Below, in pieces: positions 20,706-33,470 of a stretch of 41,115 nucleotides of DNA (positions are counted from its first letter, which is position 1; every line of letters starts with the position of its first letter). The stretch is taken from assembly GCA_965233585.1 (NCBI GenBank), contig CBDDTI010000260.1, forward strand, positions 1-41,115, in the 5' to 3' direction. The notes beneath the pieces are model-generated. The model worked only from the letters and a program-made list of their open reading frames with translations, was not told the DNA's origin and did no database searches. Position numbers and translations under genes: made by a program. Origin of the DNA: a bacterium (lineage in GTDB: Bacteria; SAR324; NAC60-12).

Positions 20706-22861
20706 TACCACCAGGACACCAAGCCTTATCGTGAAAAACTAGTGACTAGTGCAACTTAGAGTCTCTCAACTCTCCCCAGGTCAAGTGCACGAAGTGCACA
20801 GGCCGGTTTCCGTTTCCGGATCGAGAAATTGGGGAAACTCAACATACGAAACAGGGCCAGCGAATTGGCTTGGTCGCCCTGTGACTTCAAAGTAAAACAT
20901 TCATGGTTTGGCCATAAAACTCGCGAAGCTAGCCTGCAAATGCACATTTACATTTTTTGATGGCCGCCAGTTCTGGCAAAAGTATCAATCAGCCGATGCC
21001 CTCTGCTCTCAAGTTTACTTGCCCTGGCTTTCTACTTCAAAGAAGACCAAACAAGGTAGTACAGTAGTACCTGTTCACCAAGCCAAATGGCGAAAGGTCT
21101 GTTCCACCCAAGACATGCTTGGGTTTCAAATCTGGCTCGCTTCTCTATTATCGGGGAGTTTTCATACGCTCACGAGGCTCATGCCGACCACATTGGGCTG
21201 CGATAGCACACCAAGCTCCAGTTCGCAATCCTTGTACAATATCATCTTGAATGCGGATTGGGGCATGCTTTGTGAACCTCTGCTATGCAACGCAGCAAGG
21301 CTCAATCGGACATTCTAATGTCTTCAAATAAGCCTTACACCATTGATCTACGGATGCTCAAATGAAAATTTTGTGGACACACCTGCTGAATCTTGGTTTG
21401 CGGTAGTCAATTCAAATCAGCGATGTGCACATTTTTGGGAGTTCACTACATCATTTTATATATCCTGATTGCCTCAACTTAAACCCCTGCTTAGCGCAGG
21501 CCCAGCTGGCCAGCAGGTACTCTGGCCAGTCTTTTTAGATTTCCATGTCGTGTCGTGGCCGCTGGGCCGCTGGGCCAGCTGGCTTTTGTGTACTCTCGGC
21601 AAGTCATCCATCGAAGCACATGTCGTTATCGTTTTGATTATCGTTCAAAAACGGAAAGATTTTGTGGAAAGGGTCAACAAAAGAAAGCTGAAATGGAAAC
21701 CTCTTATCATCCCTGGTAGACATGAAACCAAACAAATTACAATACATCTCATATGGAGGGCTCCACCTGCTTGCTGGAAGACATTGTGGGTTCCACATCA
21801 AACATTGCTTCTGTGTCATCGTTTTCTGGGGATTCATGTATCGTTTTGCACGTCGAAATGTACCTTGTTGCTCGACGGTGCTCCAAGCTACTGTGTTGGA
21901 CGGGAGTTTCGCCATTCTCTCCAAATGATGCTATGTTCATGGAGGCAGCAAGCTCCATTGTTCTTCAAGCATGCCAAGTGCTGTCAAATTGTTATGGTTT
22001 GCTAATCCCTGCCAAACACGAAGTGAGTGCTGTTTTTCTTGGGTGCCTAAGCCCTACACACTCCAAGAGGCCTTCGCAAATGCTTACATCTGGCCTTCGC
22101 CTTCCCAGGACCGGAAGGGTGCCTTGGTCCTTTAATATCATTTTACGTGTAACGTAGCCTACGCGAAGAGCCTTCCTGTAAAAATCTATTGCTGCCTATA
22201 GATTAGGCTTCGCAAGGCTTCCCGAACCTGCAAACCCGGGATTCTTTCGCAAAATTTGGAGTCCCGCTCTTATCCAAATCTGTGCATCCCAAAAAGACAC
22301 GGAACTCGCTTGTGAGGGTATTTCCGACCAATCTTAGGATGGATATGTAGTCTTCATTCGCTTGGATTCATGCAAGAAATTATTGTGTGTCTGCAAGTGT
22401 AGGGGTTTGATTTGGCGCCGGGGTCACGTCACGTCGCGGGTCGACTGATGACCCCACCGTGGGAGCTGGCTGCTGGAATGGGCAGCTTGACACTCACAAA
22501 ACCCAAAAAGGCAGGGGGGTTCCTAGATGATCCCGCTGATTGACAAGTTCAGTGTACTTTTTCGTAGACATGTTCTGCTTTTTGAGCGCAAAGCAGGTGC
22601 ATCAAAGCATCAAAACTAAAAGTTTGGAAAGATCAAAAGCAAAGCACTGTGTATAAAGGACGCTTCAACTAGCTCAGTGGTGAAAGGTCTGTTGCATCCG
22701 AGACGTGCTTGGTTTCCACATCTGGCCCTCTTCTCATTAAACAGCCGTTGTTCTTGTGCTCGCAACTTTGCCGACTGTATTGTGATTTGGAAATCTGCAC
22801 CGCTGTTTTGCCTGCAAAAACACCCTGCCATTTCAGGACATGTCAAAAAACCTTTTGCTGT

Positions 22862-24623
22862 GGAAGGCAATGAGACGCAACTGAACAATTGCGTGTCTAA
22901 GACTCTCACTACCAATGCTCATGATGCAGGTTCTGTGGACACGTCTGCTGGATCTTCGTTCGTAGTGGTGTCTTCAATTGATGCTCTTTTCATAACAGCA
23001 AACTCCAGCCTGAAAACTCAAGCATGCCAAGTGTTTTGTCGGACCATTGCGCTTCCCTGATGGCTTAAGACCCTCGGGGAAGTCAAGCACAAATTGGGCA
23101 AGTAGAAAACCGTCGAAGCAATGCTGGAACATGCGGCATGCTGACACACAGGCGTTCGGCTGCAAGCACAGAACGTACTCGTTCAGATCTCAACCTGGCG
23201 ACACACAAGTTCAGTGTACTTTTTCGTAGTGGACATGTTCTGCCTTTTGAGCGCAAAGCGGGTGCATCAAAGTTTGGAAAGATCAAAAGCAAAGCACTGT
23301 GTATAAAGGACGCTTCAACTAGCTCAGTGGTGAAAGGTCTGTTGCATCCGAGACGTGCTTTGTTCGTAGTGGTGTCTTCAAGTTATGCTCTGTTCCTAGC
23401 AGCAAACTCCAGCTTCAAGACTCAGGCAGAATTCAAGCAAAATTTGGGCAAGTAGAAAACATTTGAAAACCGCCGAAGCAATGCTGGAACACTAGGAGAT
23501 AGCATTCTCATCATTCTCATGGGCATCGCTGCACGCTAGGCACTATCGACCTCAAGGCACTGTGGACATATCACTGTGGAACTAGCAAGCCACTGGCGTT
23601 TTTGTGGTTTTGCGAGACATGCGGATCGTTTTCAAATCTAATCCTCTTTTCTTCAGTTAGTCAATATTCATGTGAGCCATGTTCTAAATGTCTTACTTCC
23701 TGGCACCAAATAAGGAAATGCTTGCGCCATTGCTTACGTTTTGCTTACGCGCGCACAGGTTTTGCTTACGCGCATATCTTTTCTTACGCGGAGCTTACGC
23801 TGGCTTACGCGCACCACAGTTTTGCTTACGCCACACCCCTACAAGGGGCCCCTTGCTTAACATGAACACAAGGGTTTAGAACGTGGCTCATGTGCTCGCA
23901 GTCACGACTTTGCCGGCTGGGTTGTGATTTGGACATCTGTACGTTTATTTGGACTGCAAAAACACCTTGCGATTTCAGGACATGTCATATAAACCTTCTG
24001 CTGTGAAAGGCAGTGAAACACAACTGCACCTGCAGATACGCATGTCATTAAATAGGATAGAACTTCTGCTACTCATGTGGACAAATTTGTTGGATTTTCA
24101 CTGCACACGGCAAACTCCAGGGTTCCTCATGCATGCCAATTGCTTATCGAACCATGAGACTTCCCTGATGGCTTGATACTCACGACTTTGCCAGCTCTGT
24201 TATGATGAGGAAATGTTCGCACTTGCTGTGACTCCAAAGACATAACTATTGGCTATTGCTTGAAAACTATTCATGAACGTTTGTGTCGGAAGGCAATAAG
24301 ACGCAACTGAACAATTGCGTGTCTAAGACTCTCACTACCAATGCTCATGATGCAGGTTCTGTGGACACGTCTGCTGGATCTTCGTTCGTAGTGGTGTCTT
24401 CAATTGATGCTCTGTTCATAACAGCAAACTCCAGCCTGAAAACTCAAGCATGCCAAGTGTTTTGTCGGACCATTGCGCTTCCCTGATGGCTTAAGACCCT
24501 CGGGGAAGTCAAGCACAAATTGGGCAAGTAGAAAACCGTCGAAGCAATGCTGGAACATGCGGCATGCTGACACACAGGCGTTCGGCTGCAAGCACAGAAC
24601 GTACTCGTTCAGATCTCAACCTG
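22862..24623. repeat. Near-identical 336-bp direct duplication (22862-23197 and 24288-24623)
   Basis: Offset 1426 with two substitutions seen. The ORF track gives the same peptides in both copies. A second pair is ~22543-22712 / ~23206-23360. Confidence 0.95.
23492..23858. mobile_element. 367-bp insertion with GCTTACGC subrepeats and a candidate 4-bp target-site duplication
   Basis: Interrupts 'gctggaacatg', which is intact in the paralogous copies at ~23122 and ~24548. AACA flanks both sides (23488-23491, 23859-23862). Perfect palindrome CAAGGGGCCCCTTG at 23842-23855. Confidence 0.65.
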
Positions 24624-27034
24624 CTGGCACACCAGTCCACTGTGCTATTGTGTATGTTCACGTTTGACATCCAAACTATCAGTCAATGCGTTCTGCTTTT
24701 TGAAGGGAAAGCTTTATCATTTGCATCAAAACTGCAAGCTTAGAACTACCATCAGAAGCAAGGCAAACTGGACAAATCACTGTTCAACTAGCCTAGTGGT
24801 GAAAGGTCTGTTGCACCTAAGACGGGCTTGGTTTTCGAACCTTGCCCTCTTCTCTTCAGTCAACGTTGTGCTCACAGTCATATTTTTTTGCCGACTGTGT
24901 TGCGATCTGGAAGAGTTTTGACTGCAAAAACATTCTATGATTTCAGGACATGTCAATACCCCGTTGCTGTGAAAGGCAGTAAGATGCAACTGAACAATTG
25001 TGTGTCTAAGACTCCACCCCGTCGATGGCCATGATAAAAGTGTTGTGGACATGTCTGCTGTATCTTGCTTTGTAGTGGTGTCTTCAAGTGCTGATCTGCT
25101 TGTAGTAGCAGCAAACCTGGGCTCTTTTCAAGGATACCAAGTGCTTTGTCGCACTATCATGCTTGTCCACTGGGTCTTGTTTGCCATTCTGCAATGAAGA
25201 CAGTCAAGGACCGCGCTCATGTTTTCTCGGTAAAAGTGCTCACTACTAGCTGGAACAAGCGACATAAAGTTTTTTCAGGTATGGCAAGTGCTTTGAGGCA
25301 ATTGCTCTGTTTCCTTCATCGGAAAACATGGGTGCAACTTTTCAGATCATAAGTTCACAGCAGGCACCCTGGCTCAAGTCCATGCACTTGTGTCCCATTC
25401 CACGGAACGCGCATGTGGGCGCAACTTGCATGAGTTTCCCTCTTGTATGGACTCCTTGATGTATACAGAAAATGCTGCCCAAGTCCCAAGTGGCGCACCA
25501 AGACATTACGATAAGGTGGATGCATCCCGATAATCTGGTGTTGCAGTTACGATGACCTTGCGTTCATTTGCCCCTTCAGTTTGCCTCAAGGCAAGTCATA
25601 TTCAGAAACAAGCTCTGGTCTGGCGGCAGTTTCCATCCACGGCACTCTTTTTCAGGCAAAAGTCCTCATAGTGATGGTGCTGACTCTGTAAAGACTTGCT
25701 TCTGGATTCCAACAAAGCTTAAACGTTACTGACAAATACAACCGCTTCAGTGTTGCTTCATGCTGCCACTTGGTCTAAATTCTCCAGGGCAACACGGACC
25801 AACAGAGCAGAGCAAAAGGGTGAGGTCGGACCCGAAATTGTATTCGGTCACATCTCCAAGTCTAACTGCCACTGTATCTACATAACTGCCACTGGATTTT
25901 AGATTGCATTTGTTTGTGACATGCGTTTGTAACGGGGCTAGGTGTTTGCTCAAGCAAAAACATATCCCTTTTGACCACGATACAAAGCATACACAACTAC
26001 AAATTGGATTGAACATCCATTTTTTCTACCTCATGTCTAGGGCAAATCTGTCGTTTCTCGAGAGAAAATCGGAGCTAAAAAAATCATGGCTGCAAACCTC
26101 AGCATCAGAAAAGCCTGCACTATCTGCAATTGCATAGCTCAGCTCCATTCAATGTCTGAAAATCTGCTGGAATGTGTGTCGAAGCGTGTGTTTTTGTTGA
26201 TCATGAATCTACGACTGGGAGATTTCACGTCCGGAGTTGTGCTTCGATCATCCACCAAGCCAGCCTTCACGATGGACCCATCCTGAAATAAGCTGACCTT
26301 ATTAGCAGCAAACTCCTGAAATCAGCTGAGCTGTACAAGCAATCAACTGCCCCAAGCAGCTCGAAGATCGCAAGGCGCATCCAGACTACCGCGGTGTTAC
26401 GTTGGCAATGTGTTTTTCAACGTTTCTGGTGGTCGTTTCCGGTAGGTGGTTGCAATCCCGTTGGATTGTTTGGATCAAAAAGAGTTGATTATAGATGGGG
26501 ACTTTACGATTTTCTATCACTTATCAAAAACCCTTCCCTGCGAAATGTTCAGCATGATATTGCACCAGCTTGCCCGTGTGCCGCAGCTTCAAGCTTCTGC
26601 TTGGTGAGGGTGACGGGTGAGTCAGGTCAGCTGTGACAGGCACAACAGCCGAGTCATACATGAGTGATTGGGTGAGTTAGAAAATGCTAAATGAGTCAGG
26701 TACTGATGTGATACGCTACAGCGGCTGACTTTTCATTGGATCTCTGCTTATGGGTGTGTCTTTGTTTGATTCTGCAACATTCTGCAACCATGTCTGTCCA
26801 TGTCTGACTCAGCCATTATGGATATCGGACTCTGCTATTTGTCCTGGCTGACTCTTGGGTCTCACTCACCGGCTTGACTCGGTTATCTAAGTCCTGACTC
26901 CAACTCTTGCATGATGAAAGGCAGGGTCTATCCAGAGGCGAAATCTTCCACAGCGGGCCTCCGACTCGTGTTCTGCGCTTTTGAAAAAGGTGACGATGTG
27001 AGATCATAGCCTATCAGATTACGCTTGGACAATT

Positions 27035-28108
27035 ATGGATATGGAGCTTGTGCGAAGAGAATGCTTGCGGGGAGCTTATCACAAGCTTGCACCATCAGTG
27101 CAGCCCCCTGTAACTTGTCGACAGCATTCCATCGAAGAATACAGTGATCTACTGGCAGAATGGCGCCTCAAAAGGCCATTTTCGCTGGAAGATCCGCAGA
27201 CCTCTGGAAATTCCGGGCATCCTGCGGGCTGTCAGAAGTGGCAAGCATGACAACACCGGGGTTTCTGTCTATCTCTCGCTGGCCGTGCTAAGTTTTGCCA
27301 AGCTGCGAAATGATTTCAGAGAGCCTCAAGACGGATACAGCTATTTCACATCCATTCTCCTTGTTCTCGACATCATGGTTTCGATTTCAATTTTGGGCAG
27401 TTGTCAAGCTCGGCACGATATAGTCTTGCTTTTCTGTGCTGCCATTCTCCCGTGATGAACCGCATCAATTTGCCACTCGTCAGGACTTTTCAAACGGGTC
27501 ACAGGGGTTACCTGGTGCACCTTCCACTGGCGGAGCTTGTCGCAGTGATTTTTGGGTGATCCAGAGATGGGTCAAAGTTTGACAGGAACGGATTAAATGG
27601 GCATGCTTACATCAATTTACGTTCCATGCTTAGTTTCATCCTACTTTCGATGATTTTTTGTGACCAATTTTGGGCTCCAACTCATAGGGCTCTGGCCGCA
27701 CTGACAGCTCCTAGCGAGCTTCTTGAGACACTGCAGGTGCTGTTGGGAGCGTGGACAGGTCGCGTCGCATTGGGCAGCTTTGCATTGGGCAGCTTTCAAC
27801 GTGACACAAAAACCTGCTGGCTCCTCAAAAACGACAAAAACGAGTTGGATTCATCAAGGGATCATATCTGTGGCATTCTTTGGTGCGTCCGGTTTATGGA
27901 TCTAAAAGTTAGCGGTGTTCAACACCCTCTGACGATTCCTGTATACTCCGAATCGCTTTCGCAAAAGGTTCTGCACATCTTCCACAGTGTGGGTTTTGGC
28001 TTCCGCGGATGCATCTGTGTTGACTTGCATCTGTGCCGACCTGGAGAGCAGCAGTCTTCCGCGAAGCGACTGGTAAACAAAGGTTCCACGAGACGTGGTC
28101 CGTGGTGA
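27035..28108 (+). pseudogene. Possible frameshifted or spliced gene of unknown function
   Basis: Overlapping ORFs 27035-27250 and 27144-27455, then 27626-28108 (160 aa, with an in-frame 15-bp duplication gcattgggcagcttt). No domain is recognisable. Confidence 0.3.
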
Positions 28109-28190
28109 GGAATTCATCCGACTTCCAAGCCCACGGAACTGGAGTGTGGTAAGGCCCCGAGTGGTTTCAAGAGCTTAGATCACTTAGATA

Positions 28191-28619
28191 TCCCTACCCC
28201 TATAGAGGGGGAGGGCGGGGGGACAAAACCAACCTGTCGAATTCCATTTTTTTTTGCGGAAACCCTGGGATAGTGATCCAACCCCTCAAATGGAATTGTA
28301 AAGTAACATTTCTTAACAAGCCTTGGGCACTGGTTTGAAAATACTTGCGCTTCGCTCCGAAGGAGCTAAGCGCAAGTATGATCACGGCAGCGCAAATTTT
28401 TGGAGGGATGCCATCCCTACGCATGTGCTGCTTCAGTCTGACATGTGCTTAGCTCCTCCGGAGCTAAGCGCAAGTATTTAATTTTCACCTGCTTGCCATT
28501 GACATGGAATGATGAGGAATATTGATCATTGAGAAAACATGATTGCAAAAATGGAATTTTAAAATGAAATTTCAGTACGACTCCCCCCCCCTCCAATTCC
28601 ATTTTTAAGAGGGTAGGGA
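28191..28619. mobile_element. 429-bp MITE with TA target-site duplication (Tc1/mariner-type ends)
   Basis: TA|TCCCTACCC ... GGGTAGGGA|TA (TA at 28189-28190 and 28620-28621). It interrupts a cttagatca/cttagata mini-tandem and has two internal hairpins. Confidence 0.8.
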
Positions 28620-31600
28620 TACTTAGATCACTTGAGCAGCTAGCACATCACCTGAGACGTCCAGACCTTGCAACGCACGGGGTATCTATTTACTTTAGCT
28701 CCGCTGCCTTTTTCACGCCAAGAGAGGAAAGCCGCGAAAGCCCATCAGCTTTCGAGCTTTCGGAGAAGTTGTCAACACAGGTTGTTTGAGGCCATTTCCA
28801 GAAGATCGAGTCACGCGAGATTCGCTCTATGCGCCAACACGTTCCATGCAGGGGCATCCCTCTGTGCTTTTCGCGACCGGGATCTGTAGATCAAACCTGT
28901 GATGTTTCCAGTCATTTTCTGTGGCTCAACTTCTTGCGACCCCAGCAAGCGGGTCCTACCGATAGGTCCAACCGGGCCATGGATGGAGTGGCCGAAGGGG
29001 TCGAGCCCCTGCCCGGCTCGAGGTGCAAACAAGACAGGTGGCAAAGGGCAAAGGGCTCGAGGTGCTCAAATGCTTCGTTGGAGATGTGAAGCTCAACCGG
29101 TTCTTGAGGTTATTTTCAGAGTGATTCCTCTCAGGTCATCCCAGGACAGCTGAGCCGCGGACTTTATTTGGTACATAACGGAATTGACGAAGTGTTCCTA
29201 CCTCGTTCTCCAGTCCCGTAGCGTTTTTTGGGGTCTGACCTCGTTTTCCAACGCCGTGCTTGCTTTTAGTAGCTAAATGTGTTACATGAGATGCCTACCT
29301 CTTTCTCGGGGTGTTCCTAACTCGTTTTACAGCCTAATTATGATGTTTTCGGCAAACCTGGATACGCTCCAACATTGGATTCGATCCATCCCCATAGCCA
29401 GTGCGCGTTCCTTTTTGTGCGTCAAGGGCACAGGCAAAGGCCGACCATGTTGATGCACACAGGGCAACTTCGATCTGTCATTGTGGTGCGAAGCAAGTGC
29501 CAAGCAAATGCACTGGATGGCTTTGAGCCGTCCGAAAACATATATGAGCCAGTTGAAGTTGAAGGAGTTCCCCCCCTCTTCAGAGGACTCGGGACCCGAG
29601 TTTCACGGAAACCCTCCCAAGTTTGGTTGGTTGGTAGAAACTCCCAAAAAAAATGGGCCGAAAAGGCATCTCCTTCACAGAGCTGTACAGGGATCGGGAT
29701 ACTTGGCACCACTTGGCTCTGTAGCTCAAGTGGCCTCAAACTGCTGAACCCCAAAGCGGCGTCTCTCAAAATGGGGGATGGGCCCCCAGTTATGGCAAAA
29801 TTCATGGGGGGAATAATCCCATAAATTTTGGGAATGGAGGTCCGAATTTTTTTGAGTGCCCAGAAAGTGAAGCATTTCCACATCACAGGAAATGGCTTCA
29901 AAACTCACTCGCCCCAGAACTGGATCACCCCTCCAGTGATGCTGTTGCTCCATCTCTTGTCGCTTCGGATCCCATGGTGGCGGTGGCAATGAGCGTCTGG
30001 ATCCAAGACTTTGATTTCAAAAAATGACCCGTCTGCCAATCTCGAAGCTGGGTCTTCTGGCTAAGCACCTCCTAAAATTTAACCTTTGATATGCCAGACC
30101 TTTATCCGGTCATGTTCAGCTTCTGAGTTGCCGACAAGAATGGCAACTCAAGCTATGGTGAGCTAAGACGAAGGATTTGGGAATACACGGTTGATGCTAC
30201 AAAAACATGCGCCACTTTGGGAGGAAGATCTTATCGAAAAAAATAGAACTCTCTTCATTGGATACCCATCATTCACACCGGGCTTCCAAGCTAAACTGTG
30301 CGACATTTTGAGCGTACCCTGCTCTAGGTCCTTTTGAGAGTTGGTCGCAAAAGGTAGAGTCATGCGATATAGCTGGCACGAAGAGCTTCAAAATGTCTCG
30401 TGGCCACTGCCTCTGAAGGCAACGCTTGCAGTGCCACTGGAAATCAAGAGTTCTTGCCTTCTGTTGTAAGATTGTTGAAATTCAACTTGAAGCTGATGGC
30501 AGTTTCAGTCAGATTAAACTCCGCGCGTTGTGTTTAAGACTTAAGACTGTATATCCAAGCTTTGGAGCCTGTAGGACCAGTCTCTGGCACACATCAAGCC
30601 CTCAAGAGTGACAGCTGGAATGCAATGATGGTGGAACTCAAAAGTCTGAACGCACAGGACCCATGTTGCGCATGTTGTTTCGACAGCTGTGAGAACCGGT
30701 GGCTTCATTAAAAATGGCAAGTGGCTTCATCCCTCGAGTGACATCGACGCTCGAAGCTTCACAACTGTTTGGATTGCGTGTGACCCGTGCGACCTGCAAA
30801 GTTCGCGTGCAACCCATGGCATGTTTGCTCGTGAAACGTGGAAGGACCAGGTTAGGTGATCAAATCAGGGCCGACCTTGAATCTTTAAGTTGAAAGCCAG
30901 CTCTCACTATGCCTGAGAATCATCAAATCTCCGGTTTTGGCACACCTGTGCTCTGGAAATCAGACCAACCCAAGTTTGCAGCCCACAGCAATCTTCAGAC
31001 CTCTCAAGGGGAAAAAAACATCACACATGGCACCATGCGGAGATCGCTGCATCACAAGGCCAGCAAGAACCCAAGCACAACAGTCAAACTGAGCTGAGTC
31101 TGTGGTGAACGTGATTCCAAAGCCATCTGGGGCTCTGCAACGCACCAACCTCGCACTTACAAAGCCAACCGTTGCCTCTTGAGATGCGGAGATCGCTCTT
31201 TTGTTAGTAGCTGCGGTGATCTGACTTGATGTGCCCAGCAGGATCTGGAAGATCTGGAGGGTAAAAACCTGTTTCTGTCATCTGATTTTTCTGACGGGAA
31301 AGTCAGCGGCTCTGCGTCACTCAGCATCCATGGCGTCACCAGGACCGGTCCATGCGACCCCAAGTTGGATCTGGGAGTCTAAGATCTTTCGAAAGCTAAG
31401 GAATGTCGAAGTCGCTCTAGGACGAAAAAGGGGGGAGGTTAACTTCACTGTCCTCAGTTCAAATTCTGAAACGGTATCAGGTTTGACGAATCAAAACGTG
31501 CACCACTGACCCTTAATTGTCCCAGATGGCACCCGCAGCAAGGGGCCAGGGGCCACACCTGCCACACCCTCTGGGCTGACGAGGGATCCAGTCAATGTCA

Positions 31601-33470
31601 CGAGGGCAGGAAAACTATTTCCCAAGTGGCACAAGTGTCTTGACAGTTCTTGATACAGCCCGTGAAACAAGAAAGTCATGTCACGCTTTGGTGAAATTAT
31701 CTGTCCCCATCAGCATAGTATTTGAGAAGAGCATGTGTCACAAACCATTTGTGACTTTGAAAGCTGGGAGCTATGGACTCCACCCCATCAGCACGTCGCT
31801 TCAAATTGTCCCATAGAAACTAGCTGGGCCTCCTCTCAAAACTGACCAGTTTGATAGATCATCAGGCCTCCATCTGAGATCATCTGAGTATGTCCAGCCA
31901 ATCTGCAGATTCCAAAGCCACTGGGTCACTCAGCAGCTACAGCAGCTACAGCACCTCATCGCAGCCTGTCACACCATCACGGTCAGGTCCAACGTGCACA
32001 CTGAAAGACATTCCTGGGAGGCCACCATATGGGTCAAATGCGATGATTGGCAACCAAAATCACCGGCCAGTTGCTAACCTTAGAATCTAATCTTAGAAAC
32101 GTTTGGTGGTAACACGCTGATTCACAGTTGTTTGTAACCTGACCCACACAATGATCATCATAAGAATCATCCCTCATTTGTGGGTCATCTTGGACCCCAT
32201 GCACCAGCAACCAGGCCACTGTCCACGGACACCGCTACTGCAGCAGGTTTGGCACCAACTGCCGCATCCGGTGCAGTGCCCATGCAGTGCCCAGCAAGGA
32301 CAAATGAGGTCCACTTCAACGACGGCCCCTCCGAAGTATCAAGGGCACAGAACACCAGGCAGATCGGGAGAGTGACACCTTTTCCCAAGCTCCGATTCTG
32401 CCTGCAGAATGCTGCTGGCAAGCTTTGGCGTAGAGCCTTACTAAAATCAAAGCATCACCTGCTACCATGGGACTGCAACCCAAATGAGCCCATTCCTGGC
32501 CCAAGCCGTGACACAGTGTGTTCGCCTGGAATGCGTGTCATCGTGAGGCCACAGTTCGATTGACGGGACTTACCTCATGACATGCCTCGGTTCTATGGGC
32601 GATTGGGTAGCCGGCCAACTGAGTACCAGCTGCAGAGATCCTGGCACAGCGGCACATCCGTCATGCCATAGCAACCGTTACAGCAACACCGGCCCTGGGC
32701 TGTTTCGGAATTTCGGATTTGCTCAGGATGGGACAACGCGCCACTGTCTTTTCTTGACTCAGGTGCCACGTCAAGGGGCCACTGAACAAATATGAACAAA
32801 TGAACCTGCGGATCTGGCAATATGCTAAGGTGAAAAGCCAAGGAGGTGGTTCACGATTTCATTCAACAGGCACTTGGGGCAGTCAGGGCAGAAAGTTGGA
32901 TGTCTCACAATCTTCCGGTCAGTCAGTTCAAGTTGCTGCAAGGGACCTGCCATCAAACGGTGTTCCGGCAAAACATTTCGGAACCCCGCAGCGCCTTAGA
33001 CTCTTCCAACATGCTAGAACAGTGATAATTTGTCCATTGCATCTGGGGGATGCACCGTTGCCAAGTTTTCCAAGTCTACCTTTCAGTGAGCCGTGCATCA
33101 ACAGGCATCCATCAGAATCCCGTCTTGGGTCCCTCCAGTGGCACTGACATCAGCTGGGCAAATGGCCAAGATCTACGCTGCCGCAATGGGTTGCTGGGGT
33201 TATGGCTCTGGAAACATCCTCTGACAAGAAAAAAGTCGTAGAGTCCAGTTGACGTTGGCAATTTCAATACCTTGGAAATAGCAAAAAACGAACAGCGAAG
33301 TTTGGAGAATGGCCGAACATCATTCAACGTTGGTGATTAGTAGACTACTATCAAATTTACAGACTACTGGATGTGTCCTCTCAAGTTCACATCCCGATAA
33401 GTCTTGCGATGTCGGCTCTTTTCTCAATGACCGGCTGTCTCTTTGTTTGTTGCCTGAGAACGGCCTAGGA

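Larger units (their letters stand above)
20756..26380 (-). pseudogene. Decayed, internally multiplied exon/intron-like modules of an unknown gene
   Basis: Homologous modules recur. 'EKRARxxxQAxLxxNRPF' at ~21070-21150, 22665-22740 and 24780-24860 (partial at ~23310-23360). 'E(F/L)AxxxxAS' at ~21950, 23005, 23410, 24430, 25115 and 26315. Stops and deletions differ between copies. Confidence 0.4.

Noticed and set aside
31790..31816. Tc1/IS630 transposase motif from LWDNLKRR on the minus strand
   Set aside because: The expected upstream SPDLNPIE is absent (the frame reads ERRPS*F) and no DDE context is seen.
32190..32367. RING-like zinc finger (CPCWALHGHCTGCGSWCQTCC...CWC, minus strand)
   Set aside because: The spacing does not fit a canonical RING, there is an in-frame stop, and TG-rich decayed DNA yields Cys/Trp-rich translations by itself.
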